Assembly (NCBI GenBank): GCA_963695225.1
Contig: OY968762.1
Location: 2,656,001 to 2,720,000 of the forward strand
DNA length: 64,000 nucleotides
Direction: 5' to 3'
Origin: Vulcanimicrobiota bacterium
GTDB lineage: Bacteria > Vulcanimicrobiota > Vulcanimicrobiia > Vulcanimicrobiales > Vulcanimicrobiaceae
Every line of letters begins with the position of its first letter. Position 1 is the stretch's first letter. Below the pieces are notes generated by a model. The model ran no database searches and had not been told where the DNA came from. It saw only the letters and a program-made list of their open reading frames with translations. The position numbers and the translations under genes were made by a program. This document shows positions 54,323 to 63,008 of the stretch, in pieces.

Positions 54323-55234
54323 GTGGAGATTCTTTTTCAGCAGCTCGTCAACGGGCTGTCGCTGGGGGCGATCTATGCCTTGATCGCCCTCGGTTACACG
54401 ATGGTCTACGGGATCATCGAGCTGATCAATTTCGCACACGGCGACGTCTATACGCTCGGCTCGTTCTTCTCGCTCATGATCCTCGGGCTCATGGGCGTAT
54501 CGACGACGTTGCACGGCGCCCCACTCGTGGGCGTCGTGCTCGTCACGGTCCTCGGGGCGATGATCCTGTGCGGGATCGTCGGCGTCCTGATCGAGCGCCT
54601 CGCGTACCGGCGGCTGCGCAACGCGCCGCGGCTGGCCCCGTTGATCACGGCGATCGGCGTCTCTTTCATTTTAGAGAACGTGATGCAGCTCTGGCGGGGG
54701 CCGTCGCCGGTGAACTTCCCCGATATCATTCCAAATCCGTACATCCATATGGGCAACGTCGGCATTGCGACCAAGCAGATCATCGTCGTCGTCCTGGCGA
54801 TCGTGATGATGATCGCACTGCAGACGTTCGTGCAAAACACGAAGATGGGCAAGGCGATGCGCGCGACGGCGCAGGATCGCGATGCCGCTCAGCTGATGGG
54901 CATCAACATCAACACGACGATCGCGCTGACGTTCTTGATCGGCAGCGCGCTCGCGGGCGCGGCCGGTTTCGTCAGCGGCATCTACTATGGTTCGACCTGG
55001 TTCTTCAACGGCTTCTCGGCCGGTCTCAAAGCCTTCACGGCGGCGGTGCTGGGCGGAATCGGGAACATCGCGGGCGCGATGCTCGGCGGCTTCCTGATCG
55101 GCCTCATCGAAGCGTTCACGACGCAGTTCATCTCGGATCAATGGAGCAACGTCGTGGTCTTTTCGGTGCTCGTGCTCGTGTTGATCTTCCGTCCCTCGGG
55201 GCTGCTCGGCGAGCAGCTTCCGGACAAGGTGTGA
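54323..55234 (+). CDS. livH: Branched-chain amino acid ABC permease
   Basis: YALIALGYTMVYGIIELINFAHG, GKAMRA, KAFTAAVLGGIG. Confidence 0.93.
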   Translation: MEILFQQLVNGLSLGAIYALIALGYTMVYGIIELINFAHGDVYTLGSFFSLMILGLMGVSTTLHGAPLVGVVLVTVLGAMILCGIVGVLIERLAYRRLRNAPRLAPLITAIGVSFILENVMQLWRGPSPVNFPDIIPNPYIHMGNVGIATKQIIVVVLAIVMMIALQTFVQNTKMGKAMRATAQDRDAAQLMGININTTIALTFLIGSALAGAAGFVSGIYYGSTWFFNGFSAGLKAFTAAVLGGIGNIAGAMLGGFLIGLIEAFTTQFISDQWSNVVVFSVLVLVLIFRPSGLLGEQLPDKV

Positions 55235-55237
55235 TCC

Positions 55238-56251
55238 GTGCACGACCGGCGTAAACTGCTCCCGTTTCTGCCCGTTCTCCTCATCCCGCTCATCCCGCTC
55301 TTCGACAAGAACATCTCCCATATCAATTTCCTGGCCGACGCGGGCGCGTACATGCTTCTGGCGCTCGGCTTGAACATCGTCGTCGGTTATGCGGGACTGC
55401 TCGATCTGGGATACGCGGCGTTCTTCGCGATCGGCTCTTACAGCTATGCGATGCTCGCGAGCTCGCAGTTCAACATCCACATACCTTTTTGGGTGATGCT
55501 GTTCGTCGCCTCGGGAATCGCGGCCGTCTTCGGGATCCTGCTCGGCGCGCCGACGCTGCGGCTGCGCGGCGACTACCTGGCGATCGTCACGCTCGGCTTC
55601 GGTGAGATCGTTCCGCAGACGTTCTTGAATCTATCCGATTATACGAATGGTCCGAACGGGATCAGTCCGCTGGATCAGCCCTCGTTCTTCGGACATGCGT
55701 TCGGCTTCAATCCGGTTCCGTACTTCTACGTGATGCTCGGGTTGATAACGTTCGCGCTCTGGATCTCGACCAACTTGCGCAGCAGCCGTCTCGGCCGCGC
55801 CTGGATGGCGATCCGCGAAGACGAACTGGCCGCGCGCCACATGGGCATCAACACGACGTTCACGAAGCTCTCGGCCTTCGCGCTCGGCGCTTCGTTCAGC
55901 GGGCTGGCGGGAGTCGCTTACGCCTCGAAGCTGCAACTGGTCGGGCCGGACCAGTTCTCGTTCAGCGTCAGCATCCTCGTGCTCTCGATGCTCGTGCTCG
56001 GCGGGATGGGAAACCTTCTCGGCGTCGTCGTCGGCAGCTTCACGCTCTCGTTGCTCAACAACTTCATCTTGCCTCAGGCGACGAACCTCGCGCACGACAT
56101 TCTGCACGTGAACGTCGACTTCACGCTGTACCGCTTCATGCTGTACGGCGCGATTCTCGTGATGATCATGCTGTTCCGGCCCGAAGGACTCATCGCGAAC
56201 AAGCAACGTGCGGAGGAATTGCACGGCGGAACGGTCGTGGAACCGATCTGA
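55238..56251 (+). CDS. livM: Branched-chain amino acid ABC permease
   Basis: LGLNIVVGYAGLLDLGY, LRGDYLAIVTLGFGEI, GRAWMAIREDE. Confidence 0.93.
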   Translation: MHDRRKLLPFLPVLLIPLIPLFDKNISHINFLADAGAYMLLALGLNIVVGYAGLLDLGYAAFFAIGSYSYAMLASSQFNIHIPFWVMLFVASGIAAVFGILLGAPTLRLRGDYLAIVTLGFGEIVPQTFLNLSDYTNGPNGISPLDQPSFFGHAFGFNPVPYFYVMLGLITFALWISTNLRSSRLGRAWMAIREDELAARHMGINTTFTKLSAFALGASFSGLAGVAYASKLQLVGPDQFSFSVSILVLSMLVLGGMGNLLGVVVGSFTLSLLNNFILPQATNLAHDILHVNVDFTLYRFMLYGAILVMIMLFRPEGLIANKQRAEELHGGTVVEPI

Positions 56252-57021
56252 TGGCATTCTTCGAACTCAAGAACGTCACGAAGGCCTTCGGCGGGCTCGT
56301 TGCCGTCAACGACGTCTCGTATTCGGTCGAGAAGGGGAGCATCGTCGCGATGATCGGGCCGAATGGCGCCGGCAAGTCGACGGTCTTCAACCTGATCACG
56401 GGCGTCTACCAACCAACGGGCGGTTCGATCACGCTCGAGGGCGAGAGCCTGGCGGGTTTGATCACCGATCGCGTCACGGCGCGGGGCATCGCGCGGACAT
56501 TCCAGAACATCCGGCTCTTCGCCGCGATGTCGGCTATCGAGAACGTCATAACCGGCTGTCACGTTCGCATGCATTCGAATCTCGTCGATTCGCTGCTTCA
56601 CACGCCGCGCCAGCGGAAAGAGGAGAAGAAGTATCGCGAGCGCGCCCGCGAACTGCTGGAATTCGTGAACCTCTCGCGCGACGCGGAGAACGAGGCTCGC
56701 AATCTCCCGTACGGCAGCCAGCGCCGGCTCGAGATCGCGCGCGCGCTCGGAAGCGATCCGAAGCTGTTGCTGTTGGACGAGCCGGCCGCCGGCATGAACC
56801 CGCGCGAGAAGGAAGATCTGATCGGTCTGATCCGGCGCATCCGCGGGATCGGCGTGACCGTGTTCCTGATAGAACACGATATGGCGCTCGTAATGTCGAT
56901 CAGCGAGCGAATCGCCGTGCTCGACCACGGGGAGAAGATCGCGGAGGGAACGCCTGCCGAGATCCGTTCGAACGAGAAAGTGATCGAGGCGTATCTGGGC
57001 AAGCCGGAGGATGCGGCGTAG
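56251..57021 (+). CDS. livG: ABC ATPase
   Basis: GPNGAGKST, ARTFQNIRLF, LPYGSQRRLEIARAL, LLDEPAAGMN. Confidence 0.93.
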   Translation: MAFFELKNVTKAFGGLVAVNDVSYSVEKGSIVAMIGPNGAGKSTVFNLITGVYQPTGGSITLEGESLAGLITDRVTARGIARTFQNIRLFAAMSAIENVITGCHVRMHSNLVDSLLHTPRQRKEEKKYRERARELLEFVNLSRDAENEARNLPYGSQRRLEIARALGSDPKLLLLDEPAAGMNPREKEDLIGLIRRIRGIGVTVFLIEHDMALVMSISERIAVLDHGEKIAEGTPAEIRSNEKVIEAYLGKPEDAA

Positions 57022-57737
57022 TGGCGCTTCTGGAAATCAAAGGGCTCGACGCGTCGTACGGGCGCATCCGGGCGTTGCAAGACGTGACGCTGCACGTCGA
57101 ACAGGGTGAGATCGTCACCCTGATCGGCGCGAACGGCGCCGGGAAGACGACGACGCTGCGCTCGATCAGCGGATTGATCCGGCCGACGAAGGGGACGATC
57201 CGCTTCGACGGTCAGGATCTGCTCAAGCTCTCCCCCGATGAGGTGGTCAAGGCCGGCATCAGCCATTCGCCGGAAGGGCGGCGCGTCTTCGCGCGCATGA
57301 CCGTCCGCGAAAATCTCGAGCTCGGCGCGTTCACGCGCACGTCGAAGGCCGAGATCGAGGAAGATTTCGAGCGCGTCTACACGACCTTCCCGCGCCTACG
57401 TGAACGCATGCTCCAGAAAGCGGGCACGCTCTCGGGCGGCGAGCAGCAAATGCTCGCAATCGGGCGCGCGCTGATGTCGCGGCCGCGGGTGCTGTTGCTC
57501 GACGAGCCCTCGCTCGGCCTCTCGCCGATCCTCGTTCAGACGATCTTCAAAGTGATCAAGGACATCAACAAGAACGGGACGACCGTGTTGCTGATCGAGC
57601 AGAACGCGCGGCAAGCCCTTTCGATCGCCTCGCGCGGTTACGTGCTCGAAGTGGGGAAGATCGCCTTCGCGGATTCCGCAAAGAACCTGATGTCGAGCGA
57701 AGCCGTGCGCGCAGCCTACCTCGGCGGCGCCGCTTAA
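57021..57737 (+). CDS. livF: ABC ATPase
   Basis: GTG overlapping the livG stop; GANGAGKTT, PEGRRVF, LSGGEQQMLA, LLDEPSLGL. Confidence 0.93.
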   Translation: MALLEIKGLDASYGRIRALQDVTLHVEQGEIVTLIGANGAGKTTTLRSISGLIRPTKGTIRFDGQDLLKLSPDEVVKAGISHSPEGRRVFARMTVRENLELGAFTRTSKAEIEEDFERVYTTFPRLRERMLQKAGTLSGGEQQMLAIGRALMSRPRVLLLDEPSLGLSPILVQTIFKVIKDINKNGTTVLLIEQNARQALSIASRGYVLEVGKIAFADSAKNLMSSEAVRAAYLGGAA

Positions 57738-57833
57738 CCGACACCAACCCCGGCCATCTTCATCCGCTTCCACGTGGCCCTCGGGGCAATGGGGCACTGA
57801 GGTGAAAGCACGCTAACCCCAAGCGTGACTATC

Positions 57834-57923
57834 GAACGCAGGCAGCGTCCGGGGGGGCGGGGCTCCTCCGCGGGGAGCGCAGCTTGCCCGCGGAGCCACG
57901 ATGGCGGGAGCGGGCAAGTGAAC
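57834..57923 (+). repeat. Left half of the structured repeat (outer arm plus hairpin 1)
   Basis: Aligns to 7617-7708, including the identical 41-nt run CAGCTTGCCCGCGGAGCCACGATGGCGGGAGCGGGCAAGTG. Confidence 0.9.
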
Positions 57924-58909
57924 TAGTCCCATTCTTGAGGGGACCCCGATCTTGTCGAAAGGTCCAGCTCCCATGTCTGGCCGACGAGTTCGGGACCCCA
58001 GCTGTCGTGCCGTTGCTCCTCGACGAGGTGAAAGCCGGCCTCTTCATAAATGCGGCGCGCCGCGCGCAAGACGTCGTTCGTCCAGAGCGTGATCTTCGCG
58101 TACCCGGCGCGCCGCGCGAAGCTGATGCACTCTTCGACCAAACGCCGGCCGATACCGAGCCCCCGCGCCGAAGGCTCGACGAGCAGTAGACGAAGCTTCG
58201 CCACCTCATCGGAGGCCTTGACGAGCGCGACCGAGCCGACGATTTCGCCTTCGCGCTCCGCGATCCAGCAGCGCTCGCGCTTGGGGTCGAAGTGCTCGAG
58301 GAACGATGCGGCGATCTGCGCGACGAGCGCCTCGAAGCGTTCGTCCCACCCGTACTCCTGCGAGTACAGCACGGCGTGCCGATGAACGATCCATCCCATG
58401 TCGCCGGGCTGATGCGGGCGAATGACGTAGGGAACGTTGGCCGCCGGCGGGTCGCCGAGCAAACGTTCGATCGCGTGCATCGCTTCGACCAGCCGGCGCT
58501 GCTCCTCGCCGGAGAGTTCGTTCAGCATGTGCACCGCCTCGTCGTGCGAGGCTCGCTGGAGGGGAGCAAACGTGTCGCGGCCGTGCGCGGTCAGCGAGAG
58601 CAGCATCTGCCGGCCGTCGGTCGCCGACGGCCTCTTTTCAACGAGCCTTCGTTGCTCGAAGCCGCGCAGGATGCGGCTCAAATAGCCGACGTCCACGCTC
58701 AGATCGCGGCCCAGTTCCGTGGCCGTGAGGTCATCGCGATGCGCGAGTTCGTAGAGCACGCGAACCTCGGTCAGCGAGAACGGGCTGCGCAAGAGCCCCT
58801 CCTGCAGCACGCCGATGCGCTTGGTGTAGAGGCGATTGAAGCGCCGCACCGTCTGGGCCCGCCGATCGACTTGGGAAGAACCGGCCGTCTTTTCGTTTGG
58901 CGCTTTCAT
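57923..58909 (-). CDS. Bifunctional MarR-type HTH / GNAT acetyltransferase
   Basis: VRRFNRLYT..IG.L, SLTEVRVLYEL, GYLSRIL, DGRQ; PGDMGW, YGWD..FEA, AKLRLLLVEP.ARGLGIG, LWTN..L.AAR.IY. Confidence 0.92.
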   Translation of the reverse strand: MKAPNEKTAGSSQVDRRAQTVRRFNRLYTKRIGVLQEGLLRSPFSLTEVRVLYELAHRDDLTATELGRDLSVDVGYLSRILRGFEQRRLVEKRPSATDGRQMLLSLTAHGRDTFAPLQRASHDEAVHMLNELSGEEQRRLVEAMHAIERLLGDPPAANVPYVIRPHQPGDMGWIVHRHAVLYSQEYGWDERFEALVAQIAASFLEHFDPKRERCWIAEREGEIVGSVALVKASDEVAKLRLLLVEPSARGLGIGRRLVEECISFARRAGYAKITLWTNDVLRAARRIYEEAGFHLVEEQRHDSWGPELVGQTWELDLSTRSGSPQEWD

Positions 58910-58916
58910 AGCGCTG

Positions 58917-58952
58917 ATAATCAAGCATTTAGTTGCCATAGTCAACCAAATG
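58917..58952 (-). promoter_or_regulatory. Predicted sigma70 promoter and MarR-type operator of the MarR-GNAT gene
   Basis: TTGACT (58945-58940), 17 nt, GATTAT (58922-58917), ATG 7 nt later; overlapped by the palindrome CATTTAGTTG-N7-CAACCAAATG at 58926-58952. Confidence 0.65.
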
Positions 58953-58981
58953 GGCAGAATGCTCTTGATGGCCTAAGCTAA

Positions 58982-59057
58982 TAGCGAATTCGCATGGATG
59001 CGAATTCGCGGGCGTCCCCGCGGAGGAACCCCGCCCCGGCCCGGACGCGGGCCACGC
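58982..59057 (+). repeat. Right half of the structured repeat (hairpin 2 plus outer arm)
   Basis: Aligns to 7712-7787; hairpin GCGAATTCGCAT-GG-ATGCGAATTCGC at 58984-59009. Confidence 0.9.
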
Positions 59058-59088
59058 GAGAAGGCTATCCTTCGACGAAGCTGAGGAG

Positions 59089-60252
59089 CTAGCTCGACTT
59101 CACCTGCGCGCGCGTGAGGTGTTGCGCGCCGTAGACGGGGACGCCCCCGACGACCGTTGCGAGCACGTCGTACGCGGGGCTCCAGAGCGAAAGGTCGGCG
59201 CGCAGTCCCGGTGCGAGCCTGCCGCGCTCGTTCTCGATCCCGAGCATGCGGGCCGGCGTCGCCGTCGCGCTCACGATCGCCCGTTCGAAGGGGATCGAGG
59301 CGTACGACATCAGATTGCGAACCGCACGATCGCAGTGCAGCGCGCTGCCGGCGATCGTGCCGTCTTCGGAGCGGACGACGCCGCCTTCGACGCGATACCC
59401 GCTCCCGGTCGGCGCCATGTAGTCCGTGGCGAGGATCATCCGCTCGCCGAGCGTGCGATAGAGCAGATCGACCATCACCGGCGCGACGTGATACCCGTCG
59501 CAGATCAATTGCACGGTCGTACGCGGTTCTTGGATGAAAGCCGCCAGGATCGAGGGATCGCGATGATCGAGCGGGGGCATCGCGTTGAACGCGTGCGTCA
59601 GCGTGCGGAAGCCGACCCCGATCGCAAGCATCCCGTCGCGGTACTTGGCCGACGTGTGCCCGGCGGCGCAGACGATGCCCTGTTCGTAGAAGAAGCGGAC
59701 GACTTCGCTCGCGCCTTCGACCTCGGGCGCCATCGTAACCTCGACGAGCGCTCCGCGACAGGCGGCGATCATCTCCTTCGCACGCGCGACGCTCGCGCCG
59801 AGGATCCAGTCGCTGCGATGGACGCGACGGTACTTCGGGTTGACGAACGGCCCTTCGAAGTGGATCCCCAAGCACTGCGCGCCGCCGATCTCGTCTTGTT
59901 CGAGAAGCGCGTGCGCGGCCTCCGCGACTTCGCCTGCGGCGTGCAGCATCGATTCCCACGGCGCGGTCATGATCGTCGCGACGAATCCGGTCGTCCCTTG
60001 CGCGGCGTACGACTGCGCGGCGACTTCGACGGCGTTTCCTTGATCGCGGTTGAACAGGACGTCCCCGGCTCCGTTCGTGTGAACGTCGAGCATCCCGGGT
60101 GCGACGATCGTCCCCTCCGGGAGCGAGAAATCGCTGGGGCCGTCGGGTGGGAGGATTTGAGAGATCCGCCCCCCGTCGATCGCGAGGCGGCCGGAGCGGA
60201 CAGAACCGTCGCCGAGCGCTAGGAGCGCGGGGCCGAGAACGTAGGATTGCAC
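59089..60252 (-). CDS. nagA: N-acetylglucosamine-6-phosphate deacetylase
   Basis: PGMLDVHTNG, GIHFEGPF, TMAPE, GHT, THAFNAM, DGYHV, TD, IAGS. Confidence 0.9.
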   Translation of the reverse strand: MQSYVLGPALLALGDGSVRSGRLAIDGGRISQILPPDGPSDFSLPEGTIVAPGMLDVHTNGAGDVLFNRDQGNAVEVAAQSYAAQGTTGFVATIMTAPWESMLHAAGEVAEAAHALLEQDEIGGAQCLGIHFEGPFVNPKYRRVHRSDWILGASVARAKEMIAACRGALVEVTMAPEVEGASEVVRFFYEQGIVCAAGHTSAKYRDGMLAIGVGFRTLTHAFNAMPPLDHRDPSILAAFIQEPRTTVQLICDGYHVAPVMVDLLYRTLGERMILATDYMAPTGSGYRVEGGVVRSEDGTIAGSALHCDRAVRNLMSYASIPFERAIVSATATPARMLGIENERGRLAPGLRADLSLWSPAYDVLATVVGGVPVYGAQHLTRAQVKSS

Positions 60253-60301
60253 GAGGCGGGAGATTCGGGGTCGCGCGGAGCCGAACCTAGCCGCGCCCCC
60301 G

Positions 60302-63004
60302 TCACGCCCTCGGGGGACGCCCGAAGAAGCGGCCGAGCGCCCGCGCCAGGTTCGGGCGCGAGCTCGCTTCGAGTTCCGGATCGCGTTGCGGGCCCGGCTC
60401 GGCGCTCGCGGGCGGGCTCGTCCCCGCACGCGCGCGGCGCTCTCGCTCGGCCAGGCGTTGCATGTGGGCTTCCGCATGCGCGGCGAGCGTCTCGCGTAGC
60501 GCGCCGAGCTCGTTCCAAGCAGCCGAAGCGCGCCCGGCCTTGCGCGCCTCCCCGAACTCGAGCGCGGAGATCGTGAAGATGCGTCCGGCGGCGATTCCGC
60601 GCCCGCGGATGTAACGCGACGCGAGCTCGACGACGGTGCGGCGTTCGGCAGGCGCCTCGTTGTCGGCGATCGTGTGCGCGAAGAGCATCGGCTTTCCGTA
60701 ATCGGCGACCCGCGCGTACAGATCGAGCTCGCGGTCCGAGAGCTGTCGCGAGAAGAGCGCGACGACCTCGCTTGCGGCGCGCGCGGCGTGCAGCGCGATC
60801 TCCTCGGCATGCGCGTTCCCCGAATCGAACGCGGGCGCGTGTACGAGGACGAGTTGGCGCGGCAGCGTCCAGGGGATTTCGATCAGAACCGGTGTCCGCG
60901 AGGCCTGCGTGATCGCCGTGCCGTCCGCAATCTCGCGCCATTCGCCGCCGGCCTCGAGCGCGTACGCGCGCTCTTCCTCACCGTAGCGCACGTGGATCGG
61001 GAAGAGCGCCTCGCGATTCCCCGCATCGTCGAGGAGCCGCGTCTCGGCGAGCGCGTCGATGAGGCTCGACTTCCCGCGCCGCAACGCGCCCAAGACGACG
61101 ACGCGGTAGCGTTCGGGGCGCAAGCCGCGCCGGTACGCCGCGGCGTCGAAATCGGCCTCCGCCGGCGCCGCGGAAACGGCCGGGCGCGCATGCGGCCGGA
61201 GCTGCGTCGCTTCGACGTGCCGGCGCACGAGGGCGGCGGCGAGCGCGCCCAGCTGGGACCGTTCGGCCCCCAGGCGTTCGCAGGCCCTCCGCCGCCCCTC
61301 GGCGTCGAGGGCGAGGGCGCGTTCGATCGGGTCTAGCCGTTCGGCCCGGGATTGCGTGCGTTCGAGTTCGACGCACTCCGCGAGCGCGCCGTACGCGCTC
61401 GTGATGCCGGCGGCGAATTCCGCCACGAAGCGCTCGACGTCGGCGGCAAGTTGCGGGAAGAAGTTTTCGCGCAGGTCCGTCCCGAGTTCGCGCTTCATGT
61501 ACGCACCGTGCGGGTTTGCGGCGAACGCGCGGCCGATCGCGTGCACGAACGTGACGGCCGGCCCCCCGAGCGCACCGAGCACGATCGTCGAGCGGATGCC
61601 GGCGGCGAGATCGCGCGACCAGGCCCCGACGCCGGGTTCGCCGCCCAGGCGCGGCGCGACGAGGTCCGAGACGTTCAGACCGCGGTGCTCGCGGGCCGCG
61701 CGTTCGAGCGCGCGGGCCGTGTCCCCCGCGACTTCGTCGGCGAACGCGGTCAGATTCGCCGACATCGTCGCGTCGACGAGGCCGTGGAGCTTGTGGCGAT
61801 CCCGGATGCGCTCGATGTCCGCGACGTCGAGGGCGGCGCCGAGAGCTCGCTCGATCTCGGCGCGCAAGCTTTCGCCGCGCTGCGCGATCCAGGCACGGCG
61901 CTCTTCCCCCGCGCGCAGGATCTCGTCGCGCTCGCGCGAGAGCGAACGCTCCCGTTCGTCGAGCTCGGCCTCGGTGCTCGCGAGCGTCTCCGCGAGCGCG
62001 CCGGGCTCGCTCGCGAGCAGCGTCTCCATGCGTTCGTTGCGCTCGCGCGCTTCGCCGAGCACGTACGCAAGCATCTGCGTCGCCCGTGCGGCGCGCGCCG
62101 CGAGCGCGCGCTCGAGCAGCGTGCGGTCGAGCGCCTCGAGCAACGCCGGAAAACCGCTCCGTTCGCGCAGCGCCGGATCGTCGTCGAGCGTTCCGAGTGC
62201 GAATTCTTGCGCCGAGATCGCGAACACGTCGGCGTGCGGCGCGAAGCGAGCGGCTCGCGAGACGATCCGTTCGCGCGCGGCTTCCCAGATCGGCCGCCCG
62301 TCCGCTTCCGGAGCCCGCCAAAGATCGATCTTCGTCTGCACGATGAAGATCGTGCGCACGTGCTCGCCGACGAGGCCGAGGAACGCGGCGTCGCCGTCGG
62401 TGAACGGCTGCTGCGTATCGATGAGGTAGAGTACGGCGTCCGCTCGCGGAAGGTAGGCGAGCGTCGCGCGCCGGTGCGCCGGATTGAGCGAGGCGAGGCC
62501 GGGCGTGTCGGCGACGGCGAAGCCGCGTTCGAGGTACGGAGAGTCGACGCCGACGACGACGTGCGTGGGTGCGTCGCCGGCGTCCGCGGTCGCGTCGTGC
62601 AGCGCGCCGCGATCGTCCCGCCCGACGGCGACGAAGCGGGACAGACCGTCGAGCGGGATCCGCTCTTCCCGGCCCGACGCATAGCGCGCCGTAGCGCGTT
62701 CGACCGGAGAGTACTCGAGCTCCGTGATCGTCGCCGTCGATGGATTGATGTCGACGGCGAGCAGCCCGGTAAGGCGCGCGCCGTCGCGCCGCGCCTTGCC
62801 GAGCAGCGCGTTGAGCAGGAACGATTTTCCGCTCGAGAACTCGCCGACCACCGCCAGCGTGAAACGCCGTTCGAGCCGCTCGCGCGCCGCGTCGAGCGTT
62901 GCGAGCTCGGCGTCGCGTTGCGGCCAGGGGTCGCGCGCGTCCGAGGCCAGGAACGCGCGCACGCGGTCGAATAGTGCGAGGAGGTCGGCCGGGGCCTGCG
63001 TCAT
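60302..63004 (-). CDS. Dynamin-like protein with two tandem GTPase-like domains
   Basis: Domain 1: GEFSSGKS, PSTA, DTPG, TKID, then a helical stalk. Domain 2: GALRRGKS, HAPAFDS, HTIAD. Confidence 0.8.
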   Translation of the reverse strand: MTQAPADLLALFDRVRAFLASDARDPWPQRDAELATLDAARERLERRFTLAVVGEFSSGKSFLLNALLGKARRDGARLTGLLAVDINPSTATITELEYSPVERATARYASGREERIPLDGLSRFVAVGRDDRGALHDATADAGDAPTHVVVGVDSPYLERGFAVADTPGLASLNPAHRRATLAYLPRADAVLYLIDTQQPFTDGDAAFLGLVGEHVRTIFIVQTKIDLWRAPEADGRPIWEAARERIVSRAARFAPHADVFAISAQEFALGTLDDDPALRERSGFPALLEALDRTLLERALAARAARATQMLAYVLGEARERNERMETLLASEPGALAETLASTEAELDERERSLSRERDEILRAGEERRAWIAQRGESLRAEIERALGAALDVADIERIRDRHKLHGLVDATMSANLTAFADEVAGDTARALERAAREHRGLNVSDLVAPRLGGEPGVGAWSRDLAAGIRSTIVLGALGGPAVTFVHAIGRAFAANPHGAYMKRELGTDLRENFFPQLAADVERFVAEFAAGITSAYGALAECVELERTQSRAERLDPIERALALDAEGRRRACERLGAERSQLGALAAALVRRHVEATQLRPHARPAVSAAPAEADFDAAAYRRGLRPERYRVVVLGALRRGKSSLIDALAETRLLDDAGNREALFPIHVRYGEEERAYALEAGGEWREIADGTAITQASRTPVLIEIPWTLPRQLVLVHAPAFDSGNAHAEEIALHAARAASEVVALFSRQLSDRELDLYARVADYGKPMLFAHTIADNEAPAERRTVVELASRYIRGRGIAAGRIFTISALEFGEARKAGRASAAWNELGALRETLAAHAEAHMQRLAERERRARAGTSPPASAEPGPQRDPELEASSRPNLARALGRFFGRPPRA

Positions 63005-63008
63005 CGCG

